From Myxococcota bacterium (GTDB taxonomy: Bacteria; UBA10199; JADFYH01), in the NCBI GenBank assembly GCA_052034865.1, contig JBPOIC010000014.1, positions 1 to 64,000 of the forward strand: 64,000 bases of DNA, written 5' to 3'. The notes beneath the pieces are model-generated. The model did not search any database. It was not told where the DNA came from and was given only the letters and a program-made list of their open reading frames with translations. Below, piece after piece: positions 20,260 to 28,988 of the stretch. Position 1 is the stretch's first letter, and the number at the start of each line of letters is the position of its first letter. Position numbers and translations under genes: made by a program.

Positions 20260-22565
20260 AAAATCGGTCCGATTTTTCTCATCTTTTTATCTTCGATCTT
20301 TGAAAGGATGGCTGGTTCGGCAAAGCGCGCAAGTTCTGAAAGCAAATCGGCCGCCCAACGGTAGATATTGTTTTCGGTGACTTGCGATTTTAATCGAATC
20401 ATGCGCTTCATCTGTTCATCCGGCGGCATTTCCAGGGCAGAACGAAGGGCTTCGGCAAAACTTCCACGATCGTAAGGATTCACCTGCAGGGCGTCGGTGA
20501 AATCCTGAGAGACGCCCGCAAATTCTGAAAGAATCAGTACTCCGTCTTCATTCCTTCTTGCCGAAACAAATTCCTTGGCTACCAGGTTCATCCCATCGGC
20601 CAGCGAGCTCACCACGCAGATCTCTGCCATTCTTAAAAAAAGATAAACAATTTCGGGCGAATGATTCTGCTTTAAAAGGTGAATGGGTTTCCAGGTTTCA
20701 GAACCATGACGCCAGTTGATTTCATCAATTCTCTTTTCAATCTCCGTCATCAAATGGCGATATTGAGGGATGTGCACGCGAGTGGGTGCGCCCAGTTGTA
20801 TAAAACTGACCTGCCCCCGATAGTGTGGATATCGCTCCAGAAAAAGATCGATAGCCGCCAGGCGTTCTGGAATTCCCTTTGTGTAATCAAGCCGATCAAC
20901 ACTGATGATCAGCCGTGTATTTATGATTCTCAGTTCTTCGCGGATCCTTGTTGCCTGTGTTTCCAGTTCCTTCTCAGGAATGCGATTTCGTTCACTCCAG
21001 GGCTGAATGCTGATCGGAAAAGGTTTGACCAGGGTTGTGCCCCCCTCGTGCAGAATCGCCAGGCGATCCCAATCGATTTGTACCGGAAGAAACGTGTTCA
21101 CGGTATGCAAAAACTGGGTGCAGTAAGAAGATAGATGAAAGCCAATCAGATCCGCGCCCAGCATGCCTTTAAGAATTTCCTTTTTCCAGGGACAGATCCT
21201 GAACACCTCGGGTGTAGGCCAGGGAATGTGCCAGAAAAGGCCGATCACGGCATCGGATCTTTCCTTGCGAATCATTTGAGGAAGAAGAGTGAAATGATAA
21301 TCCTGAATCAGAAAAAATGGAGTTTGCTGATCACATTCTTCGAGTGCTTGTTTAGAAAATTTTAAATTCACGTTTTGGTATTGTTTCCATTCCTCTTCTT
21401 CAAAGTGCGGTCTTGAGTAGGTTTGATGGCACAAGGGCCATAAGGTTTCATTGGAAAAACCGTAATAATATCCGTCCTCTTCTTCTTTCGAAAGCCAGAC
21501 CCGCTTTAAGGTGTAATAAGGAGCATCCGGTGGAACCAGAAGTTTCCCATGACGATCGCTCGTTTCACGATCTGCCTCCCCAGATCCATGCGCGATCCAA
21601 AGCCCGCTGATCGCCTTTAAAAGAGGATCTAGCGCCGTTACAACACCACTAGCAGGGATCTGGAGTTGAATCTTTCCTGCTTCGCGAGTGTGCACGTAGG
21701 GTTCACGATTTGAAATGACGATCAGCTTTCTATCGCCAAAGTGTGTAAAAGCATGGGCCTTTAAACGGGCGGAGGTCCAAAGATCACGTACCTGTCTTGA
21801 CCTTGAGACCTCACGTGCCGTCTCGCGTGCAGATCTGAGTTTGGCTGCAAGCTCGGCGACTTCTTCGGAAACTGGAGCTAAAAGAGAAGTAGGGGGAGTG
21901 GAATAGGTCGCTTGCGATTTTACAGAACGTATCCATTCCATAAATTTGAGGATTGAGCGCTGATAGGAAAAACGTGAGAGAAAATAGGTAAAGGCGGAGG
22001 CCAGGGCTGCAAAAAAAATCAGTACAGAAGCCGAGATAATAAGGTTCGATCGAGTCCGCTGTTCGATATAGGTCGCGTCGTGAGCGACAATAAGTGCTCC
22101 GCTGATCTGACCGGTTCGCTCAACTAAGGGATCCAGAAAAAAATGAAAAGTTCGGGATCCACTCTTTCCCATCCAGAGTTGAGTTTCTGATTTTTGAATA
22201 GCTTTGCGAACCGCTGGATCCGAGCAGGAAATGATTTCGGCAAGGGGAGCCGAGCGTGCAATGAGGGTCTCATCAGGGGTGCAGAGAAGAATTCCTAACG
22301 TCCTTTCCTGCCCTGCAAGTCTTTCCGCCAGATTCTCCTCATTCGAAGGTGGGGGTCGATTCAGGGCACGGCGTGCAACTGGCTCAATTCCGCGGGCAAT
22401 GATTTTCGCCCGACGATTGAGGTCGTCGACCATTTGTCCCCGCTCCTGTAAAATCCGGTATCCGAAAAATAAAAGTCCACACAAGAAAAGAAAAAAAAGG
22501 ATAGGCAGGTTGAGTTTGAGAAAAAGGGACCTTTGAGCGTCCGATGGGTTTCTCATGGAATTCAA
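20256..22565 (-). CDS. Trehalose-6-phosphate synthase (GT20, OtsA-like) fused to an N-terminal two-TM sensor-like domain
   Basis: The C-terminal ~470 aa is GT20-like (LIVISNREPY, WIAHGSG, FFLHIPWP-like WHIPWPTPE, ISVDRLDYTKGI, CVVSSLADGMNLVAKEF). The N-terminal ~270 aa has two predicted TM helices flanking a ~130-aa extracytoplasmic segment. Confidence 0.8.
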   Translation of the reverse strand: MNSMRNPSDAQRSLFLKLNLPILFFLFLCGLLFFGYRILQERGQMVDDLNRRAKIIARGIEPVARRALNRPPPSNEENLAERLAGQERTLGILLCTPDETLIARSAPLAEIISCSDPAVRKAIQKSETQLWMGKSGSRTFHFFLDPLVERTGQISGALIVAHDATYIEQRTRSNLIISASVLIFFAALASAFTYFLSRFSYQRSILKFMEWIRSVKSQATYSTPPTSLLAPVSEEVAELAAKLRSARETAREVSRSRQVRDLWTSARLKAHAFTHFGDRKLIVISNREPYVHTREAGKIQLQIPASGVVTALDPLLKAISGLWIAHGSGEADRETSDRHGKLLVPPDAPYYTLKRVWLSKEEEDGYYYGFSNETLWPLCHQTYSRPHFEEEEWKQYQNVNLKFSKQALEECDQQTPFFLIQDYHFTLLPQMIRKERSDAVIGLFWHIPWPTPEVFRICPWKKEILKGMLGADLIGFHLSSYCTQFLHTVNTFLPVQIDWDRLAILHEGGTTLVKPFPISIQPWSERNRIPEKELETQATRIREELRIINTRLIISVDRLDYTKGIPERLAAIDLFLERYPHYRGQVSFIQLGAPTRVHIPQYRHLMTEIEKRIDEINWRHGSETWKPIHLLKQNHSPEIVYLFLRMAEICVVSSLADGMNLVAKEFVSARRNEDGVLILSEFAGVSQDFTDALQVNPYDRGSFAEALRSALEMPPDEQMKRMIRLKSQVTENNIYRWAADLLSELARFAEPAILSKIEDKKMRKIGPIF

Positions 22566-22652
22566 TATAACCCATGGGGTTTGGCTTTTGGTAGGGAGGG
22601 GGTTAGAAGGGCTTGGCTGGTATGTAAAAAGAAAGGAAGAGTTGTACGCTTT

Positions 22653-23339
22653 TCAGGATGAGATTTTCAGAATGAGGTCTGGGAGTAGTGAAACGCCTAT
22701 CGAATTCGTTACCACGCTTAAGGTAAAGTCCTCTTTTACAAAATTTTTCCAATAAAGCGTTATGTGTTCGTGGACGGTAAGGGTTTGCCCGCTCCAGTCC
22801 GCTTTAATCTCAGTCGGTGAAACTTTTCCAAAAATTCCTTCTCCCAAAAATTTCAGGGTGGCTTCTTTTAGGGTCCAAAGCTCAGTCAGTCGTGAATGGT
22901 AGAGAGTCGGGTTTTCTTCCAGGCCCTGTAATTCGAGCTTTTCCTGAGGATGACAGAGAAAGTCTTGTAGCCGTTTGGCATGACGATGGATCTGAAATTC
23001 TTCCAGATCAATTCCCACCGGACAATAAGACCCTACTGCCAGAGCGACCTGATTCTTTTTGTGACTGAGACTCACTGAAACTTCCGAGAGTAATTTTCCT
23101 CTCAAAAACAAAACCGGTTTTAAATGCGGAGGATTTGAATGAAGGGAAATCTGGGTAAGGTCGGTTTCGCCGTATGTCTTGCTCACCCAGGTCTTCAGTA
23201 AAGATCGCCCGGTGAGAAATTGTTGCCTGCGTTGAAGAGGAAGAAAGCCCTGATAAAAGCCCGTTTCCTCTTTTGAAAGGATCGAAAGGTTTTCATCCCC
23301 TAAAATTTTTGTCCATGTGAGAAACAGAGAGGGTTGCAC
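22653..23339 (-). CDS. 4'-phosphopantetheinyl transferase (Sfp/EntD superfamily)
   Basis: GIDLEEF and WTLKEATLKFLGEG motifs (Mg-binding Asp/Glu, W-x-x-KEA-x-x-K). Confidence 0.75.
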   Translation of the reverse strand: MQPSLFLTWTKILGDENLSILSKEETGFYQGFLPLQRRQQFLTGRSLLKTWVSKTYGETDLTQISLHSNPPHLKPVLFLRGKLLSEVSVSLSHKKNQVALAVGSYCPVGIDLEEFQIHRHAKRLQDFLCHPQEKLELQGLEENPTLYHSRLTELWTLKEATLKFLGEGIFGKVSPTEIKADWSGQTLTVHEHITLYWKNFVKEDFTLSVVTNSIGVSLLPDLILKISS

Positions 23340-23414
23340 AACAGGTTCATGCTTGATTCGGTTCGCTTAAGTCAATGAATCAGGCGTCTTTCAGGAGAGC
23401 ATGAGTGAAAGAGG

Positions 23415-23579
23415 TTAGCGTTTTTTTCCTGACTTCGTTTCGCCTTTTGCGGCCCGCTGTTTGTTCACAATGCGTGAAGCGACTTCTTCTTCATGCCCTG
23501 CATAACGTCCTTCCTGTTTAAATTTCGATTTGAGTTCTTTGTATTCGCGCTCTCTTTTTGGGCTGGCTCCTCGTGGCAT
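23415..23579 (-). CDS. Small basic hypothetical protein (54 aa)
   Basis: Internal ATG with a perfect AGGAGG RBS 6 nt upstream. It is Lys/Arg/Glu-rich (MPRGASPKREREYKELKSKFKQEGRYAGHEEE...). The longer 85-aa ORF upstream has no RBS. Confidence 0.5.
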   Translation of the reverse strand: MPRGASPKREREYKELKSKFKQEGRYAGHEEEVASRIVNKQRAAKGETKSGKKR

Positions 23580-23719
23580 ATGTCCTCCTGAATTATTGTT
23601 AGGCAAAGAAAGATAACTTCCGGAAAATTCTTCGCTGAGTTCATAAAGAGGAAAGATTTCAAAGAAACGCAAGGGGGGCCTCTTCGAGTATTTTTAAAAG
23701 GAAGAATAAGAGGAAAAAA

Positions 23720-24862
23720 TCAGAGAAGGTCACAGGTCAGTCGTGTTACCGACTCTACGTGATAGGTCTGCGGAAACATATCGATTGCTTGAGTGAAATC
23801 ATGTCGATAGCCCAGATTTATCAGTGAGCGAAGATCTCGCGCCAGGGTGGAGGGATCGCACGAGACATAGACAAGGACTGGAATTTTAAGACGCGCAATG
23901 CTTTCCATGCTCTCGATGGCTCCCCGTCTCGGAGGATCCAGAAGGAGACGATCAAACTTTTCCTTTCTTTCCCAAAGATCTTCAGTGGCTCGATGGGCGG
24001 CAGCCTGAATCCATCGAATATTTCGGATGTGTTTTTGGGATGAGCGCTTTTCTCCCTTCAAAATCGAAGTCTCGCTCATTTCAACCGCACTCACAAACGC
24101 GCTTTGCTGAGCGATCGGAAAAGTAAAATTTCCCTCACCGGCAAAAAGCTCCAGAACTTTTTCTTTTAAACTCAGACTCAGGGCTTCAATTACTTTTTCG
24201 ATCAGTTTTTGATTTTGAAGCGAGTTCGTCTGTGTGAAACCCGATTCGCCCTTGGGGTCAGGCTCCAGAACGATTTTATTTTCTTCGTTTCTTATCTCGA
24301 TTTCGTGCCGCGTTACTTTATCTTTTTGGATTAAGAGCTGGGCAAGTTTTTTGGCCTCCGGAATTTTTTCATTCAGACTTTCTTCGGCGATGAGACAGCG
24401 CTCGATGGGAATCACTTCATTTGAATGCATGCGATGAAACCCCACCTCGCCCTGGCGCGAGACCTGGAGCCGAATGCGGTTGCGATAGTGCTGGGGGATA
24501 GGAGAAGGGATTGGAGGCAGTAGAGTGGGCTCTGGAATCTTGGCGATCCGCTGAAGGGCGTCTTGCAAGAGTCTTTGCTTGAATTCGAGTTGCCCCTCCT
24601 GCGTGACGTGTTGCCACTGACAGCCGCCACATTTGAAAAAATAAGGGCAGGGAGGGGAAATGCGGTGAGGAGATTTTTTCAAAATTTCTACGATTCGCAC
24701 GCGGGCGTAGTCTTTTTTATCTTCGACGATCTCCGTTTTTAGCTTATCGCCAGGAACGCCCCAGGGGATGAAGATTTTTTTTCCTTGATGCGTCGCAATC
24801 GCTTCGCCGCCCAGGACAAAACGGTCGGGGATGAGCTCCAGAATTTGTCGTGTTTTGTTCAT
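23720..24862 (-). CDS. 23S rRNA (uracil-5)-methyltransferase RumA/RlmD-like with TRAM domain
   Basis: N-terminal TRAM-like beta barrel, Fe-S Cys cluster (PPCPYFFKCGGC) and SAM fold LELFAGEGNFTFPIA. Confidence 0.8.
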   Translation of the reverse strand: MNKTRQILELIPDRFVLGGEAIATHQGKKIFIPWGVPGDKLKTEIVEDKKDYARVRIVEILKKSPHRISPPCPYFFKCGGCQWQHVTQEGQLEFKQRLLQDALQRIAKIPEPTLLPPIPSPIPQHYRNRIRLQVSRQGEVGFHRMHSNEVIPIERCLIAEESLNEKIPEAKKLAQLLIQKDKVTRHEIEIRNEENKIVLEPDPKGESGFTQTNSLQNQKLIEKVIEALSLSLKEKVLELFAGEGNFTFPIAQQSAFVSAVEMSETSILKGEKRSSQKHIRNIRWIQAAAHRATEDLWERKEKFDRLLLDPPRRGAIESMESIARLKIPVLVYVSCDPSTLARDLRSLINLGYRHDFTQAIDMFPQTYHVESVTRLTCDLL

Positions 24863-24883
24863 ATGAAAACTAATCCTTAAGTT

Positions 24884-25936
24884 CTAGAAATGAAGGTACC
24901 CTTTTTTATTCATTTCAATTCTTTTTCCATTTTTATCGATCACCTGAATCGATTTCGGTTTCGACACCATCTCGCCAATACAATGCACAGGGGTTTTTAG
25001 CTTTTCAAAAGTGCGTTTAATTTTTTGATGATTTTCAGGGCGTGCGGTAAACAAAAGCTCATAATCTTCTCCACCACTCAAGGCGAGCTCCAGAGAGTTG
25101 AGCTTCATGGAGTGCGCCAAATCCTTGTGTGATTTTTTCAAAGGGATGAGATCCGCACGAATTTTTGCTCCGACTTTTGATTCCGTGCAAAGGTGCTCCA
25201 AATCGAGAAGCAGACCGTCACTCACATCAGTCATGCTCGTCGCAAGTTTTTGTTGCGAAATTGCCTGTCCCTCCAGTACTCGCGGCGCGGGGTCGAAATG
25301 AGTTTTAAGAAATTCATTGTTCGAAACCGGAGCACGCGGTTTTTTTTTCTTTTGATCTTCCCGCTTTCTAAAAAAAGAAGCGTGAGAGAGGAGTTTGAGA
25401 GCCAACGCCGAAGCCCCCAGATCTCCTGTCACCCAGATCTGATCTTTTGCTTTGGCACCGCTGCGACAGATTGGATGCCGAGCTTCACCGATTATGGCAA
25501 TCGTGATTTTCCATCCGCCTTTCGAGCGATCCGTATCGCCTCCCACCATGCCAACGCCGAACTCTTTGGCACAGGCGCTGAGTCCTTCATAGAATCGCCT
25601 GAGGGCATGCCAGGAGGTTTTTGAAGGAAGAGCCAGGGAGATCACGGCCCACCTTGGAATTCCTCCCATCGCGGCGATATCGCTTAAGTTGACCGAAAGA
25701 CTTTTTCGCCCGAGCAGGTAAGGATCGGTGTAGCGCCAATCAAAATGGACGTTTTCCAGTAAGGCATCGGTGGTGAAAAGCAGGTTTTTATTTCCAAAGC
25801 GGATCACCGCTGTGTCGTCGCCGATGCCTAAGAGAAGATCGGAAGAGTTTGTGGGAAGAAGATGGGAAAGCTCACGAATGAGTCTGGTTTCTCCCAGGGT
25901 ATCGATTGTTTTTTTCGATGAACGTGGCGGAGGCAT
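24884..25936 (-). CDS. thiL: Thiamine-monophosphate kinase ThiL
   Basis: 350 aa. ETRLIRELSHLL...LGIGDDTAVI N-terminus, AIR-synthase-related fold and the GGDT motif region. Confidence 0.8.
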   Translation of the reverse strand: MPPPRSSKKTIDTLGETRLIRELSHLLPTNSSDLLLGIGDDTAVIRFGNKNLLFTTDALLENVHFDWRYTDPYLLGRKSLSVNLSDIAAMGGIPRWAVISLALPSKTSWHALRRFYEGLSACAKEFGVGMVGGDTDRSKGGWKITIAIIGEARHPICRSGAKAKDQIWVTGDLGASALALKLLSHASFFRKREDQKKKKPRAPVSNNEFLKTHFDPAPRVLEGQAISQQKLATSMTDVSDGLLLDLEHLCTESKVGAKIRADLIPLKKSHKDLAHSMKLNSLELALSGGEDYELLFTARPENHQKIKRTFEKLKTPVHCIGEMVSKPKSIQVIDKNGKRIEMNKKGYLHF

Positions 25937-26069
25937 TTATCTTTCCTGTTGATTCGGATGCATTTGTTCCGCTAGCACGACGTGAAATCCTTATAAACAT
26001 CCTTCAGAACTGCACAAGTCCTTCTCACCCCGTGCTCGTAGCGTAGAGAAGGATTAGCAAAAATAAACT

Positions 26070-26909
26070 ATGTCTAAAACAAAATCTTACCAGGGAACCG
26101 ACGATTACGTCGCCTCCGAAGAACTCCAGGAAGTTGTGAATGTCGCCCTTTCGATTGGTCGCCCTTTACTTTTAAAAGGGGAACCCGGCACGGGTAAGAC
26201 CCTGCTGGCGGCCTCGATTGCACAAGCGATCGGACGTCCTTTGCTCCGCTGGAATATCAAATCCACCACCAAGGCAGTAGAGGGCTTATACACTTATGAC
26301 ACCGTTCAGCGCCTGAATGACAGTCGTTTTGGCGACGGCGATGTGTCTGACATTCAGCACTATATTAAGCTTGGAAAAATGGGAGAGGCCTTCGTTTCCG
26401 ACAAACCCGTCATTTTGCTGATCGACGAAATCGATAAGGCCGATCTGGAATTTCCGAATGATCTTTTGGCCGAGCTGGATGAGATGCGCTTTTACATTCC
26501 GGAAACCCGCGAAGAGATTTCTGCCCGTTATCGTCCACTCGTTGTGATCACCTCCAATTCCGAAAAAGAATTGCCAGATCCTTTTTTAAGGCGCTGTGTG
26601 TTTCACTTCATTCAATTTCCCGATTTGGAAATGATGACACGCATCGTAAAAGTTCATTTCCCAGATTTGGACAATACCTTGATGAAGGCCGCGCTTCATA
26701 AATTTTATGAAATCCGCTCACTTACTCATCTTAAAAAACCACCTTCAACCTCCGAGCTTATCGATTGGATCCATGCCCTGCTGGCGATGGGGCTCGATGC
26801 GCGGGCGCTAAAAGAAGAGGTGCCGTTGATAGGGTGTCTACTTAAGAATGAGCAGGATTTGAATCCGATTGATAGGGCTCAGCAAAGGGGGCGAAATTTT
26901 TTTAGCTAA
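26070..26909 (+). CDS. MoxR/CbbQ-like AAA+ ATPase
   Basis: Walker A GEPGTGKT, Walker B LLIDEIDKA and sensor regions; 279 aa. Confidence 0.8.
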   Translation: MSKTKSYQGTDDYVASEELQEVVNVALSIGRPLLLKGEPGTGKTLLAASIAQAIGRPLLRWNIKSTTKAVEGLYTYDTVQRLNDSRFGDGDVSDIQHYIKLGKMGEAFVSDKPVILLIDEIDKADLEFPNDLLAELDEMRFYIPETREEISARYRPLVVITSNSEKELPDPFLRRCVFHFIQFPDLEMMTRIVKVHFPDLDNTLMKAALHKFYEIRSLTHLKKPPSTSELIDWIHALLAMGLDARALKEEVPLIGCLLKNEQDLNPIDRAQQRGRNFFS

Positions 26910-27080
26910 GGGAATCTCTAAAAATTTGCCAAAGGTTTAAGATCAACCCATTCCCTGCGAGTCCATGGTAGGGGCGGCAATACGCCACTACGATCCTTCA
27001 AACAGCGCCTTGCATCTGAATTTATTATTCACTCTCTAAAACTGCATCGATTCAAAACGCTTAGAAATTTTAATTCACCC

Positions 27081-28265
27081 ATGCTCCTTCCTTTTTTCTA
27101 CACCTTACGTGCCTTGAAAATTCCCGTCGGAACCCAGGAGTGGCTATGTTTAATGGAAGCCCTCACGGAAAACCTAGCAGACTCTTCGCTCGACCGCTTT
27201 TACTATCTGGCGCGCGCTATCCTTGTGAAATCCGAATCTCTCTACGATGCCTTCGATCAGGCGTTCTTGATGTGTTTTAAGGGAAAAGAAGAAGATTTTC
27301 AGATCAAACAGGAACTTTCGGACTGGCTCAACAAAGTGATCGATCCCGCTCAGCGGCCCAAGCTTCCCGAGATTCCGCCCCTGGATCTTGAAGAATTACG
27401 CAAAAAATTTCTGGAGCGCTTGAAAGAGCAAACCGAAGAGCATCACGGCGGAAATAAATGGATTGGGACTGGTGGTACCTCGCCTTTCGGTCATTCGGGA
27501 TCGCATCCGAGTGGAATCCGCATTGGCGGTCCGGGCGGTGGGCGTATGGCTGTCAAGGTGGCCGAAGAGCGGCGGTTTGCGAATTATCGCCATGACCTTG
27601 TGCTCGATACCCGTCAGTTAAAAGTCGCTCTCAAGCGTCTGCGTCGTCTAGATCGATTGGGTCAGCCTGAAGAATTGCAGGTCGAAAAGTCGATCGATCG
27701 GACGTGTAAAAATGCGGGGGAGATCGAGTTGGTTTTTGAGCCCCTGAAGAAAAACCAGACTGAGCTTTTACTAATGATGGATGTCGGAGGAAGTATGGAC
27801 GTCTATGCCCATCTGGTCGAATCGCTTTTCTCCGCGGCTCATGCTTCGACACATTTTAAGGCCTTTGAACATTTTTATTTTCACAACTGCATTTATCAAA
27901 AGATGTTCACCAATATGGTCCGCCGAGAATTTAAACTCACCGATGAGCTTTTCAGAAAATACCGCAGCAGTTTTTACGTCATCATCGTGGGCGATGCGTG
28001 CATGAGCCCTTATGAGCTTTTTGCGCCGAACGGAAACATTGATTACTGGGAAAACCACCGTGAACCTGGAATTGAATGGCTGCAACGAATTAGGCAGCAT
28101 TTTCCAAAAACCATCTGGCTTAATCCGGAGCCCAAAGACTTTTGGGCCACGCATCCCACCATTCATGCTATCTCCAAGCTCATCCCCATGTATCCCCTCA
28201 CCGTCGAAGGACTTACCCAGGCTGTTAATCAACTCAGAAAAATAACGACAACCCTTACTGCTTAA
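27081..28265 (+). CDS. VWA-domain protein (CoxE-like partner of MoxR ATPase)
   Basis: C-terminal VWA MIDAS motif LLMMDVGGSMD. Gene order is AAA-VWA. Confidence 0.7.
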   Translation: MLLPFFYTLRALKIPVGTQEWLCLMEALTENLADSSLDRFYYLARAILVKSESLYDAFDQAFLMCFKGKEEDFQIKQELSDWLNKVIDPAQRPKLPEIPPLDLEELRKKFLERLKEQTEEHHGGNKWIGTGGTSPFGHSGSHPSGIRIGGPGGGRMAVKVAEERRFANYRHDLVLDTRQLKVALKRLRRLDRLGQPEELQVEKSIDRTCKNAGEIELVFEPLKKNQTELLLMMDVGGSMDVYAHLVESLFSAAHASTHFKAFEHFYFHNCIYQKMFTNMVRREFKLTDELFRKYRSSFYVIIVGDACMSPYELFAPNGNIDYWENHREPGIEWLQRIRQHFPKTIWLNPEPKDFWATHPTIHAISKLIPMYPLTVEGLTQAVNQLRKITTTLTA

Positions 28266-28648
28266 TGCGGAAGAAGTCCTGGCGCTCTTCCCGGTTTTTT
28301 GGGACCTGACTGACCTGTCCAACTTGGGGCGTCGCTGGCTGGAAAGGATTCTTCAGAGGCCTCCTGAACGACATCCTTTTTGGGGGGAGGATTCATCTCA
28401 GGCGTGGACGTCGAAACTCCCATACTCTGATAGAGAGAGCAAACCCCTGAGCGACCACGGTTTATAAGGGCATAACCTGCGATGAAACCCAGTAAGGCGC
28501 GCAAAGAGCCTTTGCGTGCAAGTCCATATAGAAAAAGGAAAATTCCCATCCCTATTGAGAATTTTCTCTCATTCTCGCCGACATTTTGATTGGCCACATT
28601 TTCTTTGAGCCAAAAATTCCGATCCATCAAAGTTCTCAGAAAAGACAT
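28262..28648 (-). CDS. DUF2892 (YgaP-like) small membrane protein with Pro-rich C-terminal tail
   Basis: NVGENERKFSIGMGIFLFLYGL matches the DUF2892 signature. The second ATG was chosen because AAGGAGG lies 5 nt upstream. Confidence 0.6.
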   Translation of the reverse strand: MSFLRTLMDRNFWLKENVANQNVGENERKFSIGMGIFLFLYGLARKGSLRALLGFIAGYALINRGRSGVCSLYQSMGVSTSTPEMNPPPKKDVVQEASEESFPASDAPSWTGQSGPKKPGRAPGLLPH

Positions 28649-28763
28649 AAAACCTCCTTGTTTTTTCATACATAGGCTTTTTCAATCTCTTGGGACAAGA
28701 AGGGGAGAGAAAACGTCAAGATCCCTACGGATTGTGGTGTTAGAGTCCGAGAGCTACCATTAA

Positions 28764-28775
28764 TGGTATTCCCCT
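28764..28775. promoter_or_regulatory. Perfect 12-bp palindrome ACCATTAATGGT upstream of smc
   Basis: Seen in the sequence, followed by a G8 tract. Candidate dimeric regulator site, function unknown. Confidence 0.2.
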
Positions 28776-28988
28776 CTTTACAGGGCGGGGGGGCTATGCT
28801 ACCGAATTTGGATCCAAAATTGAGAAATTTCTCAAAACTTCCCATCTATCGCAGGGGCAATAAACAATTGGGTTTCACGGTCCACCTTGCCTCACGGGGT
28901 TTTTGAGAGGTCTCTTAAATGAATAGAATTTTCCCAAGCAAGTTTCTAACCTGCATCACCAAAACTACCTATAAAAAAGGAAGGCCCC

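Noticed and set aside
23415-23672. 85-aa version of the small basic protein ORF
   Set aside because: An internal ATG at 23579 has a perfect AGGAGG RBS, and the N-terminal extension is hydrophobic or low-complexity with no RBS. The 54-aa form is preferred.
28731-28810. Possible tRNA-like or structured element in the DUF2892/smc intergenic region (G-rich, palindromic)
   Set aside because: No cloverleaf could be folded by eye on either strand. Only the 12-bp palindrome is reported.
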